A stretch of 32,000 nt of DNA from Paramicrosporidium saccamoebae KSL3 (GCA_002794465.1 MTSL01000065.1:181069-213068); one strand, 5' to 3'. Positions 9,125-19,687 are shown, numbered from the stretch's first letter. Numbers and translations: made by a program. Notes: generated from the sequence alone by a model not told the origin.

Positions 9125-9276
9125 GGACTGTGAAACTACTACCTGGGCCACTCTCGCTAATGACAAGCGGATGCTGTTTAACAGACCATTTATCTCGCGA
9201 TTCACAGTCCCGCTGTTCACTCTGGGCGGTAATAAAGGACAGCAGCCTTCAAGCAGTACCTCGGTACTTTACTACC
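9125..9276. other. Structured intergenic segment (possible ncRNA of unassigned class)
   Basis: A perfect 10-bp inverted repeat at 9125-9134/9201-9210 encloses small hairpins. A further helix at 9228-9237/9267-9276 has a G.U pair only on the minus strand, and there is a hairpin AGTAC-CTCG-GTACT at 9255-9268. The segment sits in a 417-nt spacer, long for this window. Confidence 0.3.
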
Positions 9277-9376
9277 TATTCACAAGGACGTCGGCGGCTT
9301 ATTGGCCAAGTCTTGCCCCATTGGTTACAGCCACCATGTCGCATTCCATAAATAGAAAGATTGTGTCACCTACTTC

Positions 9377-10450
9377 ATGACGTCCATTACAACAGAACCT
9401 ATTCGCTTCTGGGACGATGATGTAAATATTTGGGAAGACGGAAAGCTCGTGGCATTATGGGTTTTGGGATTTGCCATTGCGGTGCCGCTCATCCAAAGAA
9501 TGCTGTTATGGGTACATTTAGGTCTCATCCTCATGTTTAGCCACTTGCGAGACGACTGATAGGAGAGCCGATAGCAATGAAAAAGGGAGTTTCACTTGAG
9601 GCTGAGGAAGAGCACACAGTTCGGAACAGATTCAAAAGGAACCCCAACGAAATTAAATCATCCCACGAGTCTGACTCTTCAAGTCAACAAAGTCTGGCTC
9701 TCCACAAGTACCCCTCCCCTCCCATTCATAACCTTAGGATCGAAATGAAACGTTGGAAATTTGTAGTCTCGGCAACCAGAATGATCTCGTATGCCTTTTT
9801 CATAGGATTCACTGCTTGGGCAGTGCAGGGCCAATCGTCGTGGTTCTGGGATTCTAACGCCTGGCACTATCCCTTTGATCATGTCCCGTGGAGAATGCGA
9901 ACTCTTTATTTTATGGAGACTGCATTCTATCTGTACACGCTGGTGTCCATGTTCTTTGAGCCAAAGATGAAAGATCGGGGACAGATGGTGACTCATCACA
10001 TTTTTACCATCACCTTGCTGGTCACCTCTTACACCTGGTACTTTGGGATTTTTAAACTCATTTTGTAGGAACCAGACAAAGTACGGGACACTAATTATGC
10101 TGCTCCATGATCTCTCCGATCCGTGGATGGAAGCGGCCAAGCTATTCAACTATCTTGATATCCAGCTTGGTGCCAATATCTGCTTCTCCGTCTTTGCCCT
10201 TTCATTTGTTTATCTCCGTGATTATGTGTTCCCTCGTCACATTATCAAAGCTACCTTGTAACTTTTTTGCCAGTCCTCATTGTTTAGTGATCACGCAAGG
10301 CCAGCTGGATCTCCCTACTATATGGTAACGTTCATCTCCTTGACGGGACTCTGGTGTCTGCACTGCTTCTGGACGGTCCTTATCGGCCGTGTATTCTACG
10401 AGAATGTCATAAAACACGGAAACAAGGGAGATATCCGCGAAGAGGATTGA
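9377..10450 (+). CDS. TLC-domain ceramide synthase (Lag1/Lac1 family); exons 9377-9511, 9541-10037, 10069-10257, 10288-10450
   Basis: The Lag1 motif is KDRGQMVTHHIFTITLLVTSYTW-NQTKYGTLIMLLHDLSDPWMEAAKLFNY (HH and D...D catalytic residues). There are several hydrophobic segments and three introns of 29, 31 and 30 nt, all GTA...TAG. Confidence 0.92.
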
Positions 10451-10471
10451 AAATAAATCATTTTTGGTTTC

Positions 10472-13400
10472 ATGCGTCTTGCAGGATTGGCACGGTCGTT
10501 GCTCATTGATGATAAAAGTATTCGGAAAGAGGGCGAGTTTGAGAGGTGGCTTGAGAATGCACTGGAGAAGGCACCAGAGTATGGGCCTTTGGATTTGATA
10601 GAACTTGTGGACCCTGATTTGCTGAATGAGGAAGAATATGCCCCCATTCCGTATGTCGTGCCTGTTGTAGAGAAAAGGATTAGATATGGTCCTGAATGGC
10701 TCGTCGAGGAGTGCACACGCCTAAAGTCGGCATTTTCGACTGAGGAGCTCTCAGAACACATCATAAAGATATTATCGGGGCCCACAGAGCAGCGGGAGAG
10801 CGACCTACTGGACTTGGTCGGTTTTGAGTGTATTGAATTAGTGTCTCAGCTGATAGCTAATCGCGATATACTGGTGGAGGCGTGTAGGGATTACTCATTT
10901 GGGAAGCCTGCAACATTGGCACCAGTTATGAGTGCAGCTTTGCCTGGACAGAGCGTCAGTCTGAACACGGAAAGCTCAAAGCAAGCATCTCGTCAGTATC
11001 GGAAATTGGTCTCAAAAGGAATCATCCCCGACGAAGAATTGTACATTCCCGAGACCGATGGACTGGATAATTTACGGGCAGCATTGGGCTCTTCTTCAGG
11101 ACCGCAGATTCATCTTCCGAATGTTTTTGTGTCGCGCCGACCCGAGCGGCTTCTTGGTGCAAAAATGGCCCTTCCGCAGGGAACCAGTCACAATGATTTT
11201 GCCGATTATGAAGAGTTTATTATTCCATATCCAAGCGATGCCCATGGACAAACTTGGAACATAAATCCAATTATTGTCAGCGATCTCGACACGGTTCTCC
11301 AGCAAGGCTTCCAAGGATACAAAACCCTCAATCGGATGCAGTCGGCCGTCTTTCCAGTGGCGCATGGCTCTAACGAAAATATGTTAGTCTGCGCCCCCAC
11401 TGGGGCGGGCAAGACAGATGTGGCAATGCTTGCAATCCTAAAAATTGTACGGGATCATATTGTCAGCATGTCGCCCTTAACTGTGGCCAAGAATGACTTT
11501 AAGGTGGTGTATGTGGCGCCTATGAAGGCCTTGGCTGCAGAGATTACCGAAAAGTTTGGAAAGAGGCTCCGACCATACGGGCTCAAGGTCCGGGAGTACA
11601 CTGGAGACATGCAGTTGACTCGCCGAGAGGTCCAAGAGACACAAATGATTGTCACTACTCCTGAGAAATGGGATGTGATTACTCGAAAGAGCCAGGGAGA
11701 TGTTGATTTGGTGCAAAAAGTAAAATTGCTAATCATTGACGAAGTACACTTACTCCAAGACGATCGTGGGCCGGTAATTGAAACTCTGGTTGCGCGCACT
11801 CTTCGTGAAGTGGAAATGAGTCAGCGGCTAATTCGCATTGTGGGCTTATCAGCCACCCTACCAAACTATGTGGATGTGGCCATGTTCCTGCGTGCTGACC
11901 TTTACTCGGGGCTCTTTGTCTTTGGCGATGCATTCAGGCCCGTTCCATTGACCCAACAGTTTGTGGGGATTAAGGGTCGCAATTTTAGCACCATTACTGA
12001 AAACATGAACCGAACGTGCTTCAAAAAGTGCCGCAAATTTGTAGAAGAAGGACATCAAGTAATGATTTTTGTACACTCCCGGATGGACACTGTAAAGACT
12101 GCCAAAACGATGCTCAGGCTAGCGTCAGAGGAAAATCAATCGGGAATATTTGCCACAGACCAGGCCACACCACAATATTCGGCTGCATCAAAGTCAATTA
12201 GTAAATCGCGAAATAGAGAGCTGCAAGATCTTTTTGCCGCTGGATTCGCGTTCCACCATGCCGGGATGTTGAGGAGCGATCGTACGCTTGTTGAGCAGCT
12301 ATTTTCCGAAGGACACATTAAAGTACTTGTTTGTACGGCGACTCTGGCCTGGGGAGTCAATCTGCCTGCCCACGCAGTAATCATCAAAGGGACCCAGGTG
12401 TATGACCAGCAAAAGGGCGATTTTGTGTCGCTAGGAGTTTTGGATGTTTTGCAGATTTTTGGTCGTGCTGGACGTCCCCAGTACGAGACACACGGAGAGG
12501 GTATAATTCTCACTCCGCATGGCGAGATGGCCAAATACATTAGTGCCATCATGTCACAGATTCCCATTGAAAGTCGCTTCCAGGCGCACCTTGCTGACAA
12601 CCTAAATGCAGAGGTGGCCCTGGGCACAGTGGGTTCCATTGCGGAGGCTGTGGCCTGGCTCAAGTATTCGTATCTATACGTGCGGATGCAAAGGAATCCC
12701 ACAAGCTATGGGATTACCCCCAAGGAGATCACTACTGATCCCGACTTGGAGGCACGTCTCTACAAGTTGTGTCGTGAGACGACAATGCAGCTTCGGGCCT
12801 GCGGGATGGTTGCATTTGATCCCGCCGATACTGCAGAAATTATAAGGATCCGTGATGTTGGACGAATCGCCAGCGCCTTTTATCTCGGACGAGACACGGT
12901 GGAGATTTTTGGAAAGTCGCTCCGTCCCGGCCTGACTGAAGAAGAGATTTTGGCTATTGCTAGCACTGCGACAGAGTTTCATCATTTGCGCGTGCGTGAG
13001 GAAGAGTTAAGGGAACTCGATCTTCTCCGGGACGGTGCACCGATGCGTCTGAAACACGATGTGGCCACCCCTGAAGGAAAGGCATCACTACTCATTATGG
13101 CACACATTTCGAAATATCACTTGGACTCGTTCTCTTTAATTTCTGATAGCAACTATGTGGCACAGAATGGTGGGCGTGTATTCCGTGCGTTATTCGAGAT
13201 TCTCAGAACTCAGGGCTGGTTACATGCAGCACTACGGTGCTTGACAATGTGCATTTCTTTTGAGAGAAAGATCTGGCCAATGCAGCATCCATTGACCCAA
13301 TTCGATCGCCTCTCTATAGAGGTTGTCCGTAGCTTGGAAAAGGCAAGGAAGGGCGCTGTCAATGTGGATGCATTGAAATCGATGAGCAAGTCGGAAATTG

Positions 13401-16222
13401 CAGCCATAGTGGGAGGTACAAGTGCCGGAGAGCTGACGAAGACTTTGGCCAGATGCTTTCCCAATTTGGAGGTGAAAGTGTCATTGGCGCCTGTCACCAG
13501 AGAAGTCCTTCGCGTCGATCTTGACATTACCCCGACTTTTGATTTTGATGAGCGCTGTCACGGGACAGCGGACATGTGGTGGATTTTTGTTGAAAATCCC
13601 CTGTCACCGTCGTTTATTCATGCTGAAGAGTTTACAATTACAAAGACCCAGTCCAGACTCGAACGTCGCGTGTCATTCTACATTCCTGTTCGCGAGCCGA
13701 TCCCATCACAACTTTATGTCCGAGTAGTGTCTGATCGCTGGCTCCATGCCGACACGGTAGTGCCAGTGACATTGCAGAGACTATTGTTGCCTGATGAACG
13801 AACTAGTCATCCCACCAATCTTCTTCCTCTCCGGCCCCTTCCAGTCACTGCGCTACAGGATCCGCGACTCGAAACGTTATATGGGGCACAATTCATGTTT
13901 TTTAACAGCGTGCAGACACAAGTCTTTCACACCCTGTATCACGGGACGATGAATGTCATGGTGGGTGCCCCCACCGGTAGTGGAAAGACTATTATTGCCG
14001 AATTGGCTATTTGGAATGCATTGAGGACGAGTCCACAGTCAAAGATTGTCTATGTGGCACCCCTTAAAGCACTCATCAAGGAACGTCTGGAGGATTGGAC
14101 CAGGAGGTTTAGTCCGTTGGGCATCAAAGTCATCGAGCTGAGTGGGGATGTCAGTCCAGATCTTTACTCACTGCAGAACTGCAGGATTATTGTCACAACT
14201 CCAGAAAAATGGGACAGCGTCACTCGCGGACAGGGTAAGTTGGCATCGCAAGTTTCCCTAATGGTTCTTGATGAGATTCACCTTCTGGGAGGGGATCGTG
14301 GCCACGTTCTTGAAATGATTGTTACCCGAATGTGTCGCCAGACTGCACCATCTCGTCTTGTTGGACTGTCCACTGCACTGGCAAATGCAACTGACATGTC
14401 AAATTGGCTTCAGATTCCTGACGCAGCCATGTTCAACTTTCGTCCTTCGGTGCGTCCAGTGCCTCTAGAAGTGAGGATAGAGGGATATGCTGGACGACAT
14501 TATTGTCCTCGAATGGCAACAATGAACAAGCCAACCTACTCTGCAATTCTTTCCCATTCTCCAGACAAGCCAGTCCTAGTTTTCGTATCATCGCGCAGAC
14601 AAACCCGTCTAACAGCAAACGCCCTCGTCGCCCACTGTGTAAATGATGGGTTCCCACGACGATTTGTCCAATGTCCAGAAGAGGAGCTGGCCTGGATGAT
14701 TGCTGACGTGACTGATGCGTCCCTGAGACACGCCTTGTCATTCGGAATTGCCCTGCACCATGCAGGCCTAACCGAAACTGATCGTCGCGTAAGCGAGACG
14801 CTCTTTGCGGCGGGAAAGGTGCAAGTGATGGTGGCAACCAGTACTCTCGCGTGGGGATTAAACTTTCCTGCTCATTTGGTGGTGGTCAAGGGCACTGAAT
14901 TTTACGATGCCCGATCTCACTCTTACGTTAATGTCCCTTTGACAGATGTAATGCAGATGATTGGGCGAGCCGGAAGACCTCAATTTGACCAACAAGCCAA
15001 GGCTGTAATCCTAGTGCAGGATATCAAAAAGGACTTTTACAAGAAATTTTTGTACGATGCATTCCCGCTGGAATCGTGTCTCCATCTGCGGGGCGTGTTG
15101 GCTGACCATCTAAACTCGGAAATTGTCCACGGGCGTGTCACAGATCTGGCGGGTGCACTGAAAATGATGCAGGGTACATATTTGTCCGTCCGAGCACTGC
15201 GCAACCCCAACTACTACGGAATTCAAGAGGCAAGTCCCACTTTCCGGGACGAATTTCTGGTCAGCCTGATTAACCAGTCCTTTTCCTCTCTCGAAAAGTC
15301 CCATTGTGTGGTTTTAGAGGGGGAAAGGGTCCAATCTACTCCGCTCGGCCGCATTGCATCTCACTACTACTTGAGTCATCGCACAGTCAGTCTCTTTGCA
15401 GAAACCTTGGGTCCGCGTGAATCATTCGCTTCTCTATTGCGGTTGGTCGCATTGGCTGCTGAATTTGACGAAGCCCCGATCCGTCACAATGAAGACAATG
15501 AAATTCGCGAATTCACCGCCACCAAATCGCTCCGTCCGATTTGGGAGACTATGGGCAGTACTGTGGGCGTGGATTGGACCTTACCACACACCAAAGTGCA
15601 CGTTTTATTGGTTGCATATTTGGCGGGTATAGAATTACCAGTGATGGATTTTGTTACAGACACGCGCAGTATCCTTGATCAGGCGGCGAGGATTGCAGCT
15701 GCGTTGACAGAAGTGGCTAGATCGCACCTGCATCTAGAGACATTTGTGCATGCCGTCTGGCTGCAGCAGGCCATCTTCCAAGGACTATTGCCAACGGACA
15801 ATTCTGCATGTCAGCTGCCTGGAGTGTGTCGACGGGACAAGATTGCAGCATTGCCGGTGTTGCTACACTCGAAACCAGACAGTAGTCTTTCAGAGGAAGC
15901 TAGGAATATATTGCAGTACCGAATTCCGCGAATCAAGATGACTGCGACGAGGAATGGAGATAAATGCACTGTAGATATGCTGGATGAGCGCATTGAGAAC
16001 GATAATCGTGCCTACTGCAGAGAGATTCGTCGTAGCCAAGACCAATCATGGCGTCTTGTGATTGCGGATCCTTCTCGGAATGCCATTCTCGCCCATCATC
16101 GCCTCTCCACTGTCCGTCGAAAAGTCAACCTCAATGTTAGTGCTCCCCCCAATGTAAAGACACTCCAGCTGCTATTGTTGTCAGAAAACTATCTTGGTCT
16201 TGATCAGGAACTGTCCATTTAA
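10472..16222 (+). CDS. ASCC3: Ski2-like tandem-cassette helicase ASCC3/Slh1(Rqt2), 1916 aa, single ORF
   Basis: Both DExH cassettes are intact: APTGAGKT/DEVH/QIFGRAGRPQY and APTGSGKT/DEIH/QMIGRAGRPQF, each followed by a Sec63 region. FNFRPSVRPVPLEV...HYCPRMATMNKP is ASCC3-type, whereas Brr2 has a degenerate second cassette. Confidence 0.93.
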   Translation: MRLAGLARSLLIDDKSIRKEGEFERWLENALEKAPEYGPLDLIELVDPDLLNEEEYAPIPYVVPVVEKRIRYGPEWLVEECTRLKSAFSTEELSEHIIKILSGPTEQRESDLLDLVGFECIELVSQLIANRDILVEACRDYSFGKPATLAPVMSAALPGQSVSLNTESSKQASRQYRKLVSKGIIPDEELYIPETDGLDNLRAALGSSSGPQIHLPNVFVSRRPERLLGAKMALPQGTSHNDFADYEEFIIPYPSDAHGQTWNINPIIVSDLDTVLQQGFQGYKTLNRMQSAVFPVAHGSNENMLVCAPTGAGKTDVAMLAILKIVRDHIVSMSPLTVAKNDFKVVYVAPMKALAAEITEKFGKRLRPYGLKVREYTGDMQLTRREVQETQMIVTTPEKWDVITRKSQGDVDLVQKVKLLIIDEVHLLQDDRGPVIETLVARTLREVEMSQRLIRIVGLSATLPNYVDVAMFLRADLYSGLFVFGDAFRPVPLTQQFVGIKGRNFSTITENMNRTCFKKCRKFVEEGHQVMIFVHSRMDTVKTAKTMLRLASEENQSGIFATDQATPQYSAASKSISKSRNRELQDLFAAGFAFHHAGMLRSDRTLVEQLFSEGHIKVLVCTATLAWGVNLPAHAVIIKGTQVYDQQKGDFVSLGVLDVLQIFGRAGRPQYETHGEGIILTPHGEMAKYISAIMSQIPIESRFQAHLADNLNAEVALGTVGSIAEAVAWLKYSYLYVRMQRNPTSYGITPKEITTDPDLEARLYKLCRETTMQLRACGMVAFDPADTAEIIRIRDVGRIASAFYLGRDTVEIFGKSLRPGLTEEEILAIASTATEFHHLRVREEELRELDLLRDGAPMRLKHDVATPEGKASLLIMAHISKYHLDSFSLISDSNYVAQNGGRVFRALFEILRTQGWLHAALRCLTMCISFERKIWPMQHPLTQFDRLSIEVVRSLEKARKGAVNVDALKSMSKSEIAAIVGGTSAGELTKTLARCFPNLEVKVSLAPVTREVLRVDLDITPTFDFDERCHGTADMWWIFVENPLSPSFIHAEEFTITKTQSRLERRVSFYIPVREPIPSQLYVRVVSDRWLHADTVVPVTLQRLLLPDERTSHPTNLLPLRPLPVTALQDPRLETLYGAQFMFFNSVQTQVFHTLYHGTMNVMVGAPTGSGKTIIAELAIWNALRTSPQSKIVYVAPLKALIKERLEDWTRRFSPLGIKVIELSGDVSPDLYSLQNCRIIVTTPEKWDSVTRGQGKLASQVSLMVLDEIHLLGGDRGHVLEMIVTRMCRQTAPSRLVGLSTALANATDMSNWLQIPDAAMFNFRPSVRPVPLEVRIEGYAGRHYCPRMATMNKPTYSAILSHSPDKPVLVFVSSRRQTRLTANALVAHCVNDGFPRRFVQCPEEELAWMIADVTDASLRHALSFGIALHHAGLTETDRRVSETLFAAGKVQVMVATSTLAWGLNFPAHLVVVKGTEFYDARSHSYVNVPLTDVMQMIGRAGRPQFDQQAKAVILVQDIKKDFYKKFLYDAFPLESCLHLRGVLADHLNSEIVHGRVTDLAGALKMMQGTYLSVRALRNPNYYGIQEASPTFRDEFLVSLINQSFSSLEKSHCVVLEGERVQSTPLGRIASHYYLSHRTVSLFAETLGPRESFASLLRLVALAAEFDEAPIRHNEDNEIREFTATKSLRPIWETMGSTVGVDWTLPHTKVHVLLVAYLAGIELPVMDFVTDTRSILDQAARIAAALTEVARSHLHLETFVHAVWLQQAIFQGLLPTDNSACQLPGVCRRDKIAALPVLLHSKPDSSLSEEARNILQYRIPRIKMTATRNGDKCTVDMLDERIENDNRAYCREIRRSQDQSWRLVIADPSRNAILAHHRLSTVRRKVNLNVSAPPNVKTLQLLLLSENYLGLDQELSI

Positions 16223-16242
16223 GGAATAAACTTTCTTTTTGC

Positions 16243-16744
16243 ATGATACGAGGATCAACGCCGGAATTGTACGCGCGGGTAACCAAATGGCTTGCCTCTT
16301 TGACGGCGGAGACGCTTCCCGAAAGTACAGTGTCGGTTCTTTGTAACGGTAGAGAGCATGAAATGGTTATATTCGCGGGCCAGTGGACCAGGCGGCCAAC
16401 ATGTCAACAAGGTAGACACCAAGGCAGAACTCAGACTAACTCTCGACTTTTTGCCACCTGAAATTCCTATGTGCACAGTGGTGGTGCGCTGTGACACGCA
16501 CCGCAGTCTGCAGGCGAACAAGATGGAATGCAGACAAAGGGCAATAGAGGTGTTAAGAACGCGGGTGGCAGAGACAATACGGCCACCCACCGATGCAACG
16601 CAGTTGCGTAGAATGGAGACCCTGTATAATAAATAGGGGGGACTAACCTGTAGACGTATGGTGGGGAGGGAACAACGGAAAGCTTTCAAAGAACATCGGT
16701 CGGTCAAGAAACAATCTCGACGGATTCCAAAATGGGACGATTAG
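16243..16744 (+). CDS. ICT1: ICT1/Pth4-like codon-independent peptidyl-tRNA hydrolase (mitochondrial release-factor family); exons 16243-16324, 16353-16623, 16654-16744
   Basis: YSRASGPGGQHVNKVDTKAELR carries the GGQ motif. The RCDTHRSLQANKMEC segment and basic tail RKAFKEHRSVKKQSRR match the family. Introns are 28 and 30 nt. Confidence 0.87.
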
Positions 16745-16769
16745 AACGATGCGAGCAGTCGTTATTATA

Positions 16770-16945
16770 CGAAAGTCGCGGAATAACCGGTACAGAGTTT
16801 TTGAGACTGTGAGGGCTTTGGTAAAAAGTCCGAAGCATGCAATGCATATAGTGATGGATTGGTTGGTGTGGTAGCGGGTTTATAAAAAGGTCCACAATCA
16901 CGGCGATTATTCCAATGCGCAACAAAATCCGGACGTTCCTTTGCT
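16770..16945 (+). ncRNA. Candidate compact RNase MRP / RNase P-type RNA (boundaries approximate)
   Basis: Hand-found helices lie in RNase P/MRP order: P2 16780-85/16908-13; P3 16786-16822 with a UACAG internal loop; AAAAAGUCCG 16823-32 pairing with CGGAC 16930-34 (P4); and CR-IV-like ACGGCGAU 16900-07 directly before the P2 3' strand. P1 is weak and no covariance model was run. Confidence 0.3.
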
Positions 16946-17006
16946 ACAAGACAGTACTAATCCAATTTATTGTAATAGAACTTGATGACAAAATTTATTC
17001 ATAACA

Positions 17007-19634
17007 CTACAAAGACGAAAAAAGAGAGGTCCAAATGGCGCCGAGTTCAGATTTATGGAGCTGCGAATAGCCTGCAGCCGGTGCAGTCGCCACGTCCCGA
17101 CCAACATATTCCAACTTTCTCTCCATCAGAGATTGTAATCGTGGTGCAATGTAATCATAAGGACCCATGTTACGATGCTCCTCCTGACACCAAATGACTC
17201 GTGCCGTGGGATTGCGTTGTAAGACTTGCTGGATCTCAGCCGAGGGCAAAGGACAGAGTTCCTCAATGCGCACAATGCTCATGTCAGTAACATTGCGAGC
17301 CATGCGTTCTCGTTCAATCTCATAATAGAATTTGCCACTGCACAACACCAAAGTGGATGCCGCTCCACGCGAATCATCTATCAACGGCTGGAAGGATCCG
17401 CTGGCGAGATCAGCAAGCTTTGAAGTGGCTGCTGACAGACGAAGAAGAGTCTTGGGAGCCACCACCACCAGCGGCTTCCTATAAGGACGTCCCACTTGTC
17501 TCCGAAGCAGATGGAAATAATTTGCAGGAGTACTGGGATGCACCACATGCCAATTTGGATCAAATTTCTGGGCGGCATTATGTGGTGCATTGCAGGTTTG
17601 GAGGAAACGTTCCATACGACAGGAGGAATGCTCAGGTCCCGTTCCGTCATAGCCATGGGGCAATAATAAGACGAGTCCACTTTGTAATCCCCATTTAGCT
17701 TGGCCAGTGGCGAGGAATGTGTCGAGGATGATTTGAGCGCCGTTGAAAAAGTCTCCAAACTGCGCCTCCCAAATGGACAGCACATTTGGAGCAGTAACAC
17801 TCAGCCCATATTCAAAGCCCAAGACGGCCGCTTCACTAAGATGGCTATTCACCACAGCCAGATCTCCAACCAAAGGAGTAACGGTAGCACCGGTTTGCTG
17901 ATCATGGAAGAGAAAATGTCGATGACTAAAAGTGCCGCGCTGTACATCCTGGCCCACCAACCTCACGCCGGTTCCCTCTCTGAGGAGAGATCCTACAGCC
18001 ATGGCCTCTGCTGTGGCCCAATCCACCTTTCCCTCTTGGATCATGGCCAATCGTGCCTCAATGTGATATTTCTGCAGTCGACTATGAACATTCTACGGAT
18101 CAGTGAACCATCCATAAGGTACAAAGCCGGTGGGAAGAGTGACACTCTGTCTGCCAATGTCCGCCAACTCTTTTTCGTCCAATTGTGCCGCAGATTTTGT
18201 ATCAAAAATAGCATCTTTTTGCACACCAAATTTCTAAAATAAATTAGATCTATTGGGCTTACCACCGGGACATGATCCTTTGCTCCTTTGACAGCATTGT
18301 CGAGGAAATTATAAGTATTGCTTTTGATTATATCCACCTCCTCGGCAGTCATAACGCCCTCTTCGAGCAGAGTAGCGGAATACAGCTCCGGGAGTGATGT
18401 CTTGGCGTGAATTGCGCGGTACATTAGAGGTTGTGTGAATGAAGGCTCATCCAACTCGTTGTGGCCCATTCTCCGGTAACATAGCAGATCCACCACCACA
18501 TCCTTCCCAAATTGCTCTCTATATCTCATTGCCAACTCCATGGCCCGCACCACGTCCTCAGGAGACTCGCCATTCACGTGGAGGATGGGTGCAGAGATCA
18601 TTTTAGCCGGGGCGGAAGCATAACGAGCCGATCTTCCCATTGTCGCCGTGGCAGTATATCCCAACTGATTATTGACGATCAGATGAATAGTTCCGCCCAC
18701 TGCAAATCCGTAGAGTTGAGACATTTGCAGTGTCTCTTGAACAATGCCCTGACCGGAAAAGGCCGCATCGCCATGAATCTGCAAGGGAAGAGCGGAGCTG
18801 TTGTGATAGTTCTGCATAGCAAAGACGACTCCCTGTTGCACAGGATTGACAGCCTCCAAATGCGATGGATTCGGAAGAATGGACACTTTCCTAGTGCCCT
18901 CTTTTCTAGAAATGTTTCCGGTATGAGAAAGATGGGATAGCACATCGGCCGATCCAGGCCATTCAGCAGGAAGTTCCGAGACGCCGGTTAATTTGCGAAA
19001 GACGGCCTCGGCAGGATATCCCAATAGACCGACCATCAGATTCAGACGTCCCCGATGCGGCATACCCACTACCACGTGGCTATCACCAGCCATCCGGAGA
19101 ACGGCATCCACTGCCACCATCATCGCCTCTCCTCCATTCAGTCCATACCGTTTGACCTGTCCAAAGCGTTTCGCCATGAATTGGTCAAATCCCTCCGACT
19201 CTAACAACACGGTGGCAATGTGTTTTCGGTTCTCGGGACTTTGATGGGAGGGGGGAGCTTCGATGTGGCTGTACAGCCATTCACGTTCCGTCGGATCCTC
19301 CACGTGTGCCACTTCAAAGCCAATATTCCCGCAGTATGCTTTGTGGAGTTCTGTGGGGGAAAGAGAGGAATCGGCCGTTTCGGGAAGTCGGGTAGGCAAT
19401 CCACTACGCCATGAGAACCCGCATGTGTATATACAGTCTCGTTTTTTCCATGTCCAATGGATCCAATTTGGCACCCAAATGACCAAAAGTTCGATAAACT
19501 TCTGTCACATTGTGATTATTGCGAATGGTCTCAGCCATGGGACCATTGACATCTGCCGCTGGCACTATCGACCGAGTTTTTCTCGAATAGCATCGACCCG
19601 TCACCGTCAGTCGTCGCCAACTCTGACCGATCAT
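17007..19634 (-). CDS. DHTKD1: 2-oxoadipate dehydrogenase E1 (DHTKD1-type, OGDH family), ~845 aa; exons 19634-19435, 19403-18263, 18233-18123, 18092-17007
   Basis: Family motifs are GMPHRGRLN, LPNPSHLEAVNP, the ThDP motif HGDAAFSGQG, HNELDEP and WEAQFGDF. DHTKD1-type variants are DVLSHL (OGDH has DVKYHL), VKRYG, PHGYDGTGPEHSSCR and a short N-terminus. Introns are 31, 29 and 30 nt. Confidence 0.88.
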
Positions 19635-19687
19635 TTACCGAATCAGGCAGCACCCATATTTTATCGGTTGACTGGACATTTGATATT

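Noticed and set aside
9134-9147. U1 snRNA-like 5' end (ACTACTACCTGG)
   Set aside because: It differs from ATACTTACCTG, and no 70K loop (GATCACGAAG), U1A loop (ATTGCAC) or Sm site follows.
10472-16222. Brr2/SNRNP200 assignment for the tandem helicase
   Set aside because: The second cassette has intact Walker A, DEIH and motif VI plus ASCC3-type HYCPRM..MNKP; the Brr2 C-terminal cassette is degenerate.
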